Assembly: GCA_036172245.1 (NCBI GenBank)
Contig: JAYWIR010000004.1
Location: forward strand, 3,968,001-4,032,000
DNA length: 64,000 nt
Reading direction: 5' to 3'
DNA from: Raillietiella orientalis
Taxonomy: Eukaryota
The notes under the pieces were generated by a model, which saw nothing but the letters and a program-made list of their open reading frames with translations, did no database searches and was not told where the DNA came from. Positions 11,753-24,561 of the stretch are shown here, one piece after another. The translations under genes and the position numbers were made by a program. Each line of letters opens with the position of its first letter. The first letter of the stretch is position 1.

Positions 11753-13746
11753 GCTTGAAGGTGGGAAGTGTTGGGGAAATGGTGATTCGCTGCGACCAGT
11801 GCACGGATTTCCCCAGAATGCAGCTTGTATGTTCGTCCAGATAGAGGGGAAGGAAGGAGGTTGCTGCCTTGCTGGTGCCAAAGTGCATGGTTTTTTCGAG
11901 TCTTGGGCATGTTCCAGACTTTGAGGGAAGCCAGCAAGCAGCTAGTTTGCATCCAAGGGCCAAGAGGGAATCTGTTTGCATCAACATTGGGATTGCATTG
12001 TCGCTTGTGAAGTGGTTTTCATTGCCATGTGGAAAACGAGGCACATGGTGTTGCAATTGGATTGGGTTGGGGATGGCTGGTTGCACTGTCACCCGAATGT
12101 GTTTTTGCAAAATGGGTAAGAGGAAAGGTAGCTGGAGCAAGATGGGATCTTGTGAATGCTGGCAGCATTCTCGCTTGTCAGTGAGAAAAAGAAAAGAGAA
12201 TGGTTGCGGAGAGGTTGGAAGTGTGGATTGTGCTTGGAATTCATGGAGGCAATTTTGCAAGCGATAGAAAGAGGTGATGATTTGCTTTTTGGGTAATGGG
12301 TGGGGATCGTACTCTGGGGATTTTCGGCATGCACGTTTGTAGCAAGAGAAATGCATGCATGCTGCATCACCGCAGGATGATGACAACAGCTATCGGTTTT
12401 TGAATGATTCCCAGCAATGCTTCAGTGGGTGTGCATGGTGGTGGTGCTGACAAGCAACAGGGACAAGTGGACCAGTAGTGGTTCAAGTTTGGATGCATTG
12501 CTTGGAGACTGGTTGGATGAAGCCAAAGCACTGCTTCCAGCAATGCATCATTTCTCGGAATTTCAGATGAATAAGAACTTGCTTCAGGTGAAGTTGTTTG
12601 GTAAGGTAAGCACGGAGTCACCGGGTCGGAGTTCTGCTTGCAATCTCACAAAGTACTGTGTGGTGTAAATTTTTGGATTGGTTGCAATGTAGGTGCTTTG
12701 TTGTTTTTCCATGATCTTGTTTGGGATGCTGAAGGTAAATCAGCATTGCAGCATGCTGCTCGCACGTGTAGGAGGTTGCAAACTTCAGGAAAAGCAGTTG
12801 CCATTCTATCTTCTTGCACTGAAGCAGAGTTGTAAGCTCACCGTGGCCCAAACTTTCAAACTTGTGCTTGGTCGAATGTGCTTAGGGTTTTTCTTGTTGA
12901 CCTGGAGCACGTGATTTTGACTGATTGCAACTCAACTAGAAATGTTTTAGCTGGAAGAATGCGACAAACTCTGTTTGGCTTGCAGAGTGTTACCCCCATG
13001 TTAGCTTCCGTGCGGAGCTTGTTGAGACGTGACAGGGGAGGGTTGCCTAGCACCAACTGCATGCAAGACTCGAAATTCGGTTGACGTTTATGGAAAAAGG
13101 GTTAGCGCACGATGGTGGCTGAAAGTGAGGGTCTGTTTGTGCCTGCTGTTGTCCAGAACGAATTTTGATTGATGAAGTTTGCAAGAAGCCTCATGTGGCA
13201 TGTCAAGTTGTTTTGGAAGAATGTCAGGGGTTGCTGGCAGTTGCTGATGGGGTGGAGACCCGGTGTTTCCCACAGAAAGAGGGGGAGATGTGAGCACAGC
13301 ACAGCCATTCAATTGCAGAGGGATTGGGGCGATCGTAGGGCAGGCAAGAGAGCCAGAATAAATGTGCAGAAATGGAAGACTGCGAGCAATTGGCAAAAGC
13401 ATACTCTCATTTCACGCAAAAGATTTCTCTGTTGAGAGAATGTGCTTTGACGGGAATGCAATTTTTCCTATCTTTTGTTCAGTGTGCCACCTAGCTCCAT
13501 GCAGCAGGTGGGAACTTTGCCAATCAGAAGTCATCCTCAACTGGTTCGCCGTACAGGTGCACCTGCTCGGTTTGTTTCAAGGCAATGTCCAGCTGAGGAG
13601 GTGGAAAGACAAAGCTCTCCTGAAATGCTGAAACCTACTCGCAGAGTTCCTATTCTGATACATTTGTTTGCAGGAAACCAAAACATCAGGAATCCTGGAT
13701 TCTGTTAGAAATGTATTGAATTGCATTCGGGAAACTTGATCGGTGC

Positions 13747-13823
13747 ATCGAGATTTCAGCACTCTTCCACTTTCTCGGACCCTGTTTTACCAAGAAAGCA
13801 TCACAATTTGCCAAAGACTCGAT
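13747..13823 (-). promoter_or_regulatory. Eukaryotic SECIS element in the SelK 3' UTR
   Basis: Minus strand: helix I, GUGA core (13804-13801), 10-bp helix II GCUUUCUUGG/CCGAGAAAGU, unpaired AAAA in the apical loop, 3' GGAA, then the complementary helix I arm. Confidence 0.9.
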
Positions 13824-13861
13824 CGGTGTGAACGTGACCCCATCCCAAGGATGGGTGTGCA

Positions 13862-14588
13862 CTATTGTCATCCTCCAGCAAAAGAGCAACTGGGGCCGCT
13901 GGGTGCATCTTGTAAGGTCCCAAAGCGTTTGGGACCCGGAGGGGGTCTGCAAAATGCATCGCTTGAGCAACGTGCGCATGCAAGCGCAATTACTACCCTT
14001 GGCCACCTTTCCTGTAAGGTGCACTTGATCCAGGACGTCTTTTGGATGTGGAGGTAGGGTTGAAAAGTGACTGGAAGCTGCAAATTGAAAAGCATAACCA
14101 TGGATTGGAATCAGATGGGTGCACTTGATGCTCCAATCACACCACAATGCTCACGAATTTGATACACACGGCACAATGTGCTGAATTACAACGAACGCGA
14201 GAGACTTTTGCATCGGAAGGACTGCATGCAAAGTCCGCATTGCACTCCACTTTCGCTCGAGATGTATGAAAGCAATGCTCACAATAGGCTAACAAACTGG
14301 AGAGCACTCCAAAAGGTCTCTGTAATTAAGGCTAGGCTCCATGGCCTGGACGATTGCAAACGGCCGCCTGGAACACAGGTTTTTAGCAACGGGGCAAACG
14401 GAGTGGGATGCTAGCGGGCATCTTTATTTTCACTCGTTCGGGCGCACTGCATTTCGCACTGCAACAGCGGATGACGCTTGCAGCTTTGCGTGTTTCGTCT
14501 TCCGATGGACTTTGAAAAGGGTGCGAACGCGCGGTTTGGTTGTCGCATGGACTCGAGCGTTCAACTTACTGGAATCTATGTAAGGCAT
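13862..14588 (-). CDS. SELENOK: Selenoprotein K (89 aa, Sec at penultimate position)
   Basis: Exons 14588-14570, 14367-14283, 14077-13997 and 13946-13862, all GT-AG and phase-consistent. Protein: MPYIDSSGRLQSSRPWSLALITETFWSALQFVSLFFQSLFNPTSTSKRRPGSSAPYRKGGQGPPPGPKRFGTLQDAPSGPSCSFAGGUQ*. It shows the SelK N-terminus, a single TM helix, a G/P/R-rich tail and AGGU; a SECIS lies downstream. Confidence 0.94.
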
Positions 14589-15172
14589 TTCCACGAATTC
14601 CGATCCGGGAGATGTATGCTTGCACGGTCAGAGGCGACAGGCACGAGCACCGTCACACGACTTCCGGGGCGTGTTGCAAGAAGGAAACACGCATGCCAAG
14701 AATTCGGCACCACGCATCCCGCAACACGGAAACGCTCGGTGGATACGTAAGCGCGATGCGACCGCATAGAGGGAAGTAATTTTTGGGTGTTTGCAAATCT
14801 GCGTGTTCCCCTTCGTTGATGGGGTGCGGGGCGGCAGGGACGGGGGGGGGGGGGGGGGCGACGGGCTTTGCGAAACGAAAAGCACTTGCCACGCGTGCCG
14901 CCGCGCAAGCTGCTTGGCTGCGCGAGCGGGGCGGAAAGTGGAACGCAACGCAACCGGACGGCTGAGGTGGTGGTCGCAGCTATGCCAACCCATCCACCGT
15001 GCTGATGGCATCTGCGGCTTCGCGCACCCGGAGATCGCGATTGCGATTCGGGAATAGGCGGGCGCTGAACTTTTCCCAGTGAACTTGGCGGGAAAGGAAA
15101 GCTTGCCAAACACTAGCATGGCACGCAAAGGCGTGGTTGCGAAGTGGTATCACTGTGCTGTGCGGCAACCTG

Positions 15173-15240
15173 CCAAAGATGAATCTCCAAAGCACTCCAT
15201 CGTTATTCGATGGGGTGTTTTGGAGATGTATTCACTTTGG
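15173..15240 (+). other. Long hairpin (20-bp inner stem with two G:U pairs, extendable); possible small-RNA precursor
   Basis: ATCTCCAAAGCACTCCATCG-ttatt-CGATGGGGTGTTTTGGAGAT, extended by CCAAAG.TGAA/TTCA.CTTTGG. Confidence 0.4.
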
Positions 15241-18200
15241 ATTTATGGAAAAACGTCCTTGTTATTCGTCAGTAAAGATGTTCCTTGATAAAACCTAGAT
15301 CTGAAAAAATGAATTCATATTGCGCGTTATTCATATGAGTGGACGGGTGTCATTGCATGGAGTTTGGGGTTCCAGAGAGGCTGGAATGATGGATCTGATG
15401 TTCTGATGCTTTTGTGTAGAATAGTATTTGGCTTGTGCTTTTTGTGTGTTTAAGAAACGCAGCATGCTTACGATTTTAAATCCTAAGGACCATTCAGTAG
15501 ATAGAAGTGTTTACGTCATGAAACTCCTGAGTATGAAATTATTATGCACTGGGATAATTTCTGGGTAGAAAGTAAAACAATTTTACGTCTTTTTTGTGTT
15601 TTTGTAAACTCGTCAAACACCAAATCAGTCATAAGAAAAGCAGAAAAATGACTCAAGGTGGAAACAGGTTTTACTGGTAGAAACGGTTGTATACTTCATA
15701 GATTTAAATATTATTAGGTAATCTTTCTTGGTCAGCAAGATACAAATTCTTCAGTCGATGAATTTTTGGGGTATAAAAACTAAGAACGATATCTAGAACC
15801 CGTGAAAACATCACTGTATTATGGCATTTGGAAAATATGGGTATCAGAGCACTAAGAAGTTAAATGAATTTTATGAAGAAGCTGATGGACTACGAAAATA
15901 AAAAGTGGATAAAGATTAGATCGGTGCAAAAAGAACTGAACTTTATAAGTCATCAAATGAGGTCCTAATTTTTCAGTAGAGAAAGCATTTTCAATTCATT
16001 AAAACTGAATCTTGAGTTTTTTCTTTGTTTTCTGGAGAATGTCTCAAGGCACAGCAAACTGAATGAATATTCATCCGAATTCAATTTTCCTTGCAACTAT
16101 GGAATTTGAAATGAAAAAATCATTCGAAAGTAGTGGATTACATTCGAATTTAAATAATTCAGAATCCTCTACACAAAACAGATGTGATATCTGGTATGGG
16201 CACTAATAAATAACGACAGTAATAAAGACCCTTGTTATAATAAAGACTGATTATTTTCTAGCTGTGCTTCTCTTGTTGAAACAGTTGTGTACAGAATTTC
16301 AACCATTCTCACAATTGTAGATGTTGAGCGAAGTAAATTTTATTAAAGCAAATTATAGCTAGTTAGAATCTTGATTTAAAAGCTGAGCGCTTGCAAAAAA
16401 GGCAATTTTCTCCCATAAGTTGAATAGTTTTGAAATAGTACTCGAACTTGAATAAATAAATTGATTGTGCTCGTGGCCGTATTCTTTTTTACAAACACCT
16501 GGTCATCTATCCGTTTTCTAATCTTTTAAAACAGCTTTCTATAGGAATGGTCTTTTTCCCATTAATCTGAGCTGTGGTGACGGTTTTAAATGGTGATTGT
16601 GAAAATAGTGAAGTAGCAGTAAAATAATGTACCACCAACTTTTTAACAGATGTAGTACGTTATTTCAGCCTCATTTTCTTCGTAGTCGATTCTTGAGCTT
16701 ATGTTATTAATAATTCTTCTATTGCAACCCATTTGATTTTTGGAGAATAGTTTTACGGCTCTTTGTTTTTTATTGCCTTTCTCAGAACACAAATCAAATG
16801 TTGAGCATTTCATTTAAAATTCCATGTCGATTACATCTTGGTTTGGTATCTGCAGTCTATTTCTTAACTAATTTCACGCTTTGGTCATGCTCTCAAGAAC
16901 ATTTTCCTTGTTTATTGAAGGCAATATAGGACTTTAGAGTCTTAATTGAAACAATGTGATTCTCTATTTCTGGTTTACATTCAGATTTAGTCATGATCTA
17001 ATTAGGGGAGGTTAGCAATCTAGAGATAAGGAACCCTTGGAGATCAGTTAAGTCGATATGTGTATTTTGTACTCAGTTTATTTCAAAAAAGCACGAAAAT
17101 TACCTTGAATATCGAACCTTTTTTTAGTGATGTACTAGAATATTTAGACTAGTACATCTAATATGGGATATTTGTTTCCCATCACCAATGATTAATAAAT
17201 CATTATCGTGAAGCTTGTAATAAGCAGTGAAATCTTTAATTTTAGTAGTTTGAGACTTATAGGAAACAGTTTTTACACTAGCAGAAAAGATGATCAATCC
17301 TATATATCAAATTATACGTATGATGCTTGATGTAAATAATAAACATAGCAATCCTACATTATCATGTTATCACCTGTTAATCTCACGTGTCGTCTTTTGA
17401 AATTTGCAATCCTTGTGAAAAGGAATGCAAAGACCACCACGATTTGAAAAGATGCTTTTCGACTACGCAAGTAAGAACTTTAATGGTTTCATCTAGAAAT
17501 TTTACTGAAACAATTGAAACCGAGCCTATCAAATTTCATGAACGATTTCTCAGAGTTCAGACTGAAGGGTGTTTTGGTACATTTCAAATTTCTTGATCTG
17601 ATTATAATAATAAGATCTACGAACTCACTACTATATTCTTGCCCTTTGACAAGTCCCGTAGTCCTTCGAGAAAACCAACTTACCACGCCTTAGTGACAGA
17701 GTATGCTTGAATTACTTGGACCAGCTATCAGCAAAGCTTTAACAAATAGGTAATTGAAGGAAACAAAATTGTGCATTGTGTGTACGATTATAACCTCAAA
17801 GAAAATTTAATACTGTCTTTCTAGATGCTTATCAGCATGTTCGGAAATAAGCATTTTTGCGCCTGTTGCATTGACACTCTTGACTAACTACACGTTTCTA
17901 TTAGACAATTGATAGCGTAAAACAAATTTAGAAATGTGAGCTTACATCTTGAATGCATGTTTCAGGTTCTAATCGTGATGACATTGCATGGCCATAATTT
18001 TGTGATTAGCTGTTTGTTTCAATTAGAATCACAAATAGTCTTGGAATCCTCAGTCCATTTTCGATAACATTACAGACAATTTTTAGCGGACGAACGAACT
18101 CTCTATTACAAGAGTTTATATCAAAATTTTGAAAAATTTTATTGGGAGTTGGGAAAAATACTGGAAGGATATTCAGCACTTTAAATATTTCAGATTAGGT

Positions 18201-18863
18201 ATATTTAAAGAACTGGACTTTCTATAAATGGAAACAAAGATTACCTACGGAAAGCGTTTAATTCACTGCTAAGAAAAAAGAAAACCGAAGAACCAAAGCA
18301 AAATAAATCAGGAGCAAACATTAGTCATTTGTGCATGAATGATGCAGATGCTACAGAATTACAATCCTTAATTATTGAAAAAATCTGAAATTTAAAATAA
18401 TGTAATTATTTTAACTGATGAGTTTACGATATTGCAATGTGAAACTCTTCATAATGCGATAATGCAAATGATCTTGGAAATACAGGCTCGAAACTTTTCG
18501 ATCGCGGAGGATGTTAGCAGAAGTACCAGTCGTGGGAAGTCAGTAAACATTTAATGTTATGATTTAGAGATTTGAATGCCCATTACCAATGAAGAGTGCG
18601 GGTAATCTGTTTTTGTAATTGCCCGTTTGAATAGGATATGCCAGTTGGGTCATATGCTCTTTCCTCTCTCATCCAGTTTTTTTAGTTTTCGAACTTGCTG
18701 GCCGTGAACTCCGTAAATGATTCGTAAGTAGCTTATTTTTCCATATTACTACGGAACATTATGAAGAACCTTAAGTTCCCAAGCATTCGTTTTAAATAAT
18801 TTGTATGCTTTAGGTCACATTTGAAGAAAGCTGTTATGATTAGAATTAAACACCTTCAGAGTG

Positions 18864-20511
18864 ATGAATGCATTGCTAAAGTACATTAATCCATGCACGT
18901 TAGGAGGTACATTATTGAGAATACAAGCACGTTTTCGTTTACGTGAAGGTTTTGTTGTTTCCGGAAAAATAAGGAACAAATGGCTTATGGAAGGTCTCTT
19001 GCCAAGCTATGATGAAATAAATGAAGGTTGAATCGAATTTTCATCACTGCGGGTAAACAATATATTCCAGAAAAAAAGCCCAGCATCATTCCAAATGATA
19101 TTGGGTTTCCTTCAGATTATTTCAAACATCACCATGTCACAAGGACAGAAAGACTAGAAATAAGAAAGCAGCTTACTTCAGAAGTTGATGGAGATAAGAA
19201 AGGTAATGTTGAAGACTGAAACTGAACCTATGTTTTATAAAAATCTATGAGATGGACATAAGTAACTCCTGACATATGCATGTGTGTAAAGAGTGTAAAA
19301 GTTGCTTTTCAGAATTCCCATGGGATGATTTTAATGAGGATTGGCTGAATAATTCAAATGCCCATGCATTACAAAAAATAGCTGAACACTATGGCATTTT
19401 CAAAGATTTATTCGATGAAGCATCGTACTTTATTCCCTGGATCAATTTAGACATTCAGTATCATAATGATGATATGACATCGAAAGTTTATTTTGGTAAT
19501 GTGTTGAAGCCTCGAGAAGTGAGTGATTTTTTCACCAGCTATATATGTTCTCTGTTGCTTTGTTTAAGTTATTTATGTTAGCATTTTAAGAAGCCACAAA
19601 ATTAAAAACTTCTTGCTTAACAGGTTACTGAAGCTCCAGATGTCAGTTTCCTTGCAGAGGAAGATACACTGTGGACCTTGATTTTCAGTAATCCTGATGG
19701 TCATCTGACAGAAAATAACAAGGAATACTTACACTGGTTTATGTAAGAGTCAAACTGTATTTCCAAATCTTGAACTTTATTTCAGAGGCAATATTCCTGA
19801 TAGCAACATACATAAAGGAGATGTTATATGCCCATATTTGCAGCCATTCCCACCATGCAACACTGGCTACCATCGGTGTGTATTTGTTCTTTACAAACAG
19901 GAAAATTGGATAAATTTCAAAGATATTCAAAGATCGAATCCTTGGTATGGATTTCCATAAAGCACTATTTAATCATCAAATTATAGCCATTGCTTAAAAG
20001 AAAGAACATTTAGTACCTTCAATTTTTATAAAGAATATGAGAATTATTTGACCCCAGCAGGTTTGGCATTTTTTCAGTCAGATTATGATCGAAGTTTAAC
20101 AGATTTTTTTCATCATAAGCTAAGTGAGTTTGAAAATTTAGTGTTATGAATTCATTTAATGCTTTGTTAGATATGCGTGAACCCAGATATGAATATGATT
20201 TCCCACCTCCTTATTTTGCTCCTCAGCAGTTTAATCCTGGAAAAAAGGCTTTCAACAAGTAAGCTAATGGATGGACAACTCATTTCTATTTTTTGTTTAG
20301 CTATCTGAACATACATCGTGATCATAAGGAAATAGCATATGAAGTGCTTGTCAAGAAGTTAGCGGATTATCACCCATTTGTCCAAAAGAAACCAAAGTTT
20401 GAATTTCCACTTGTTCATAAACAGCTGTGGTATGATAATCTGCCTAATTGGCTTCGATTAGAAAAAAAGAAGGAGCTTATGCGATGGGGAAAGTATCGTG
20501 ATTTGGATTGA
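18864..20511 (+). CDS. mRpL38: Mitochondrial ribosomal protein L38 (mL38, PEBP fold), multi-exon
   Basis: Spliced protein includes DIGFP, IAEHYGIFKDLF, VYFGNVLKPRE, WTLIFSNPDGHL...EYLHW.I.NIP, PYLQPFPP, TPAGLAFFQSDYD and MREPRYEYDFPPPY. The start codon is inferred. Confidence 0.93.
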
Positions 20512-20561
20512 TTTCCAGTGTATATTAAAATTATATTTACACATGTTTCACCACAAATTAT

Positions 20562-22650
20562 TCATTCCGAAAGATGTTCTGATGCACCAACTTCTGCAAT
20601 GTATAAGTGTTGTTGTGTCAGAATGGCTAATCCATTTGAGAAAGCTTGTACTCCCAAAATTTCTTCTGTGTTGTTTTCCAAATTAATAACTTTCTGCATT
20701 GAGATATGTTTCACTGTAGTACCCGTCTTTCGATTCTTAAGAACAGATTTCAAAGATGTTGGCTGATGATAGACATACACATGTCTTTTGACATCTGTAA
20801 TAGCAGCAAAGCTCAAATCTAAGGAAAACCCAAATCTAGGTAGTAACTATTCTTTATCTAATTCAAACACATACCTGGGGAACAAACAGTGAATTTGCGT
20901 TGCTGTTTTCCAGCCTGGACATAGCCAAAAGCATGCAATGTGCCTACATGGTGACAGTTCCAACTTTTTTCTGTTTTGTCAATTTCAGGTTGCCAAACCA
21001 CTCCATCTACGTTGTGTCGAATACACAGTGCTGGTACTTTTTCAGGTGTTAAAAGTACACTGAATAACCACTGGTGACTGGACAAACTGATCTTAAATCA
21101 ACCATTTAATGAGATTTATGAATGTCAAAATACTTACTCTGTGAGATAATTGTCCTGTTACATCATATCGTAACATGTTGAAACTATCTGATGGAAAGGC
21201 ATCACACTCTTCTAACTGCTGTGTATTAAATGCTTGGTTTGATTCTGAATCCAACCTCTGAAATGCACATTTACAGAGTACATGTGGCTAATGATGGACA
21301 TACTGCATTCTCGGAAGTTAAATCAGCTAGCTGATGATGCAGCTGTTCTAAGGTCTCTGGATTTAGCACTTCTTGTCCTAATTCACTGCTATCAACTAAC
21401 TGCTGCCAGTGTTTGCCATCTTTAATTTTGGTCAGTGTGATTTCCAATCTGTTGTACAGACATTGTATAATTGCATTGAATATCTATCTTACTTGTTGCC
21501 CATAATGGTCCAAGTACTCTCTTGAGTGCTGACTATTCCTCCAAGTTTACCTGTCAGCAATGAACGTTCTTGCAACTTTATGCAAAGGTCTTCTGCATTA
21601 ATATGTACGGAGATGTCAGATTTGTTGATTTTTTCCTGAATGCGAAACCAAACACACACATCTTCTTCACTTTGCATCCAAAAATATAGAGGCTGCACTT
21701 CTGCAACTTTCTCTTTTGTGGGTTCTTCACTCAGCCGTTGGAAAGCTTTCTCACAAACCACTAGCAAACCAGAACCATCTGGTTCCAAAGCTATGTACTC
21801 TAAATTGCCAAAAGCAACGAACTGGCTCTTTTTTTCTAACTTCCAGGTGGATTCTTTTGCTGATATTACAAACCCTCATGAAGGTAAATAACTCCTTACC
21901 TTGGCTAAAAGTTAACCATTCCAGAATATTAACAAATGTTTCTTCTTTGCAAGATTCTTGTGATGGACAGTTGCTTAAATTGCGGACATCTTCAACATAC
22001 TGCAAAACACAGCTAACAAACTGTTTATTATCTTCTTTCCATGCAGCTGAATGTAAAACAGTAGTTGGTCTTTCTTGGTCCAAGATTTCACTAGGACCCA
22101 ACTAATGGGAATAAAAGGCTGTGCTAGTTTGCATTTACCTCCCATTGCTGATATGAATCTCTTTGTGAATTGACAAGGAATAATTTGCCACCACCATTAC
22201 TGATGAATACCAAATCAGCATCACAAAAACTGATGGATACATTATAATCTCCTGGCCGATGTGCAGAGGATAAAGTACAAATGATATGTGATTCAGGTAT
22301 TGTGCCCTACTAATTACTTAGTGATGGTATATCATAAAGTGGACCACCTTTTGTGTTCTGGCACACATAATACGCATTCCCTGTACTATGTAATACAAAT
22401 TTCCGGGATTCCAAGGATCATGAGATAGATGGTTATGCAGACTAATAAGACGTAAATGTTGATATGAATATTGGTCATCTGATAAAGGTGCCACTTGCAC
22501 TATAATGTGATAAAAAAATATTTTTCTCATCTCTCGTTTACCTTTTTCGATCCGAAGGCAATGCAATGGAATTGGCTCTAAAGATAATTTGTAACCATCA
22601 AAATTAGGATCCAACAGATCTCTGTTTGGTCTCAAACTCAGAACACTCAT
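20562..22650 (-). CDS. NUDCD1: NudC domain-containing protein 1, multi-exon
   Basis: LRPNRDLLDPNFDGYKLSL, QYSYQH...LHNHL, CS domain PLYFWMQSEEDV, and CIRHNVDG.VW...H..T.HAFGYVQA.K..RKF are NudCD1 signatures. Introns checked are short GT-AG. Confidence 0.92.
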
Positions 22651-22892
22651 TTTCTATCTGTATTATGTAATAAAATATAGGCTTGAAACAGAATTTGGCA
22701 ATACAACAGGTTCTCACCAAAGCTTAAGCAAATTCATTTACACTAGAAAGGGAAATAACTATTCGAGACAGTATAATGATCATAAAACTGAAAATATTCC
22801 TAACATCTAGTAACTATTTGTGAATTTTCGAATAACAAGCGAGTACATATTTTTGTGAACCAAAAAATCACAAATGTACACTACTGTTTATA

Positions 22893-24561
22893 TTACAAGT
22901 ACTGATAATAAAGGTGCTCATGAGGAAAGAATCGAGCAAATTCTATACATGCAGATTCGATATTTGGATAGTGATATCCAAAACCAAATTCCAATACACG
23001 CTGAGGGAAGACTTTCTGTCCTTCTAACATCATTTTAGCTCGATCAGGACCAAACAGAGTTTTAATAACAATGCTAGGTACACGCAATAATGATGGTCTC
23101 CACAATGCATCACCAAAAGCTTTGCTAAATTCAGCATTAGTAATTACTTCCGGGGCTACACCATTAAGCACTCCATGCACTTCAGGATTATTAAGAACAA
23201 ACAAAATTAAATATGCTAAATCAGTAAGATGAATCCATGGGAACCACTGTTGTCCAGTTCCAATAGGTCCTCCCAATCCTATATAAAAAGGAAGAAAAAT
23301 ATTCCTGATCATACCTCCATGACGGCCCAAAACGATTCCTAAAAATCCAAACCAAGCAAAATAAAACAAATCTGTATAAACACCAACCTGAACGAATTAT
23401 AACTTGACGAACACTTAAATCAGCTGGTAATTTTGCAGCATCTTCCCAATCTTGGGCCAACTGAGAAATGAAGTCAAAATTTCCTCCTGGGCTATCTTCA
23501 GTATATTCATTTTCAGGACTAGGTTTATAATAACCTTAAAGATCGTTGAGTTTAATTAATGATGAATGAAATCCTACCCTGGTTATGACAAGTTATCATG
23601 CTTTAATCTAGCATGATAATTTTTTCACTTTCTATACAATACTCAAGAAAGGATCACTTTCTTACTACCTTGGCTAATGTCAAAACAGCCTATTCCCTCA
23701 TTTCATGCAACAGTCCAGGAAACTTCTCTTATTAGAAAACAAGTAAAATGTGTATATTATTAAAAAAGGTTAAATGCGGTTTTATGCCTTCAAAATAAAA
23801 GAAAACCAACTGTAGCTCATGATTCAAAATGTTGGGCAACAAATCCATGCCAAAATGATTTAATACCCTAAATAAAGGAATGCTATGTGCTAATTGTGAT
23901 GCATTGTGTTCTTTTAATCATTAATACAACATTAATATGATGTTACAATCAACGTTTTTGACTGCAAATAATATTTAAATGTAATCGCATGGTAGCCCAA
24001 TTATGTATCAGGCTAAAACTAGGTGACTAAGATATAATCTAGGTAAGGCATTTTCCACACAGTTTCCAAACAGAACAACGTAATTATATACATTCCAGAA
24101 GCAGCACTTTCAAGCTATAAATAACAATTGCACTAACCTACACCCGACATTGAGATGAATATATCAGGTCTTTTTTTTGCTTTTCTAATTGCGGATGAAA
24201 GTAACGCAGTGGTAACTATTCGACTATATTTTACTTCTTTTTTGAAATCTTCAGTCCACCTCATTTTTGGATTCATGAAATTCTGACCAGCCATGCTAAT
24301 AACTGCAGAGCAGCCATCTGGTAAACCATCGGACTTAATTTCCTCCTGAAAATAAGGATACAAACATTGTATGAGCAAGAGTATTTAATTACCCACGTTA
24401 GATGGTGAGGCCCAGGAAATCTCGAAACACTAGTCACAATAAAGCCATTTTTACGAAGCAGATGGCTTACAGCACTTCCAATAAACCCAGATCCACCACC
24501 TATATTACAATGAATCACAAAATATTTTCCTCCTTGTCATACCTATTAATACATGCCCCAT
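22893..24561 (-). CDS. SDR39U1: Epimerase family protein SDR39U1 (TIGR01777-like), multi-exon
   Basis: MGHVLIGGGSGFIG (Rossmann motif), AVISMAGQN...RW...FK, DWEDAA, RSGIVLG..GG, GLGGPIGTGQQWFPWIH and LEGQKVFP. Confidence 0.93.

Noticed and set aside
11667..12386. 239-aa minus-strand ORF, and a possible spliced plus-strand peptide (..WKCGLCLEFMEAILQAIERG..) at ~12045-12403
   Set aside because: No recognisable family, and the spliced model terminates quickly. It cannot be distinguished from UTR or intergenic DNA without RNA data.
15300..18800. Short open frames in AT-rich spacers (also 24.7-28.3 kb and 45-50 kb)
   Set aside because: No consistent exon chain or recognisable motifs. Some may be very old TE debris.
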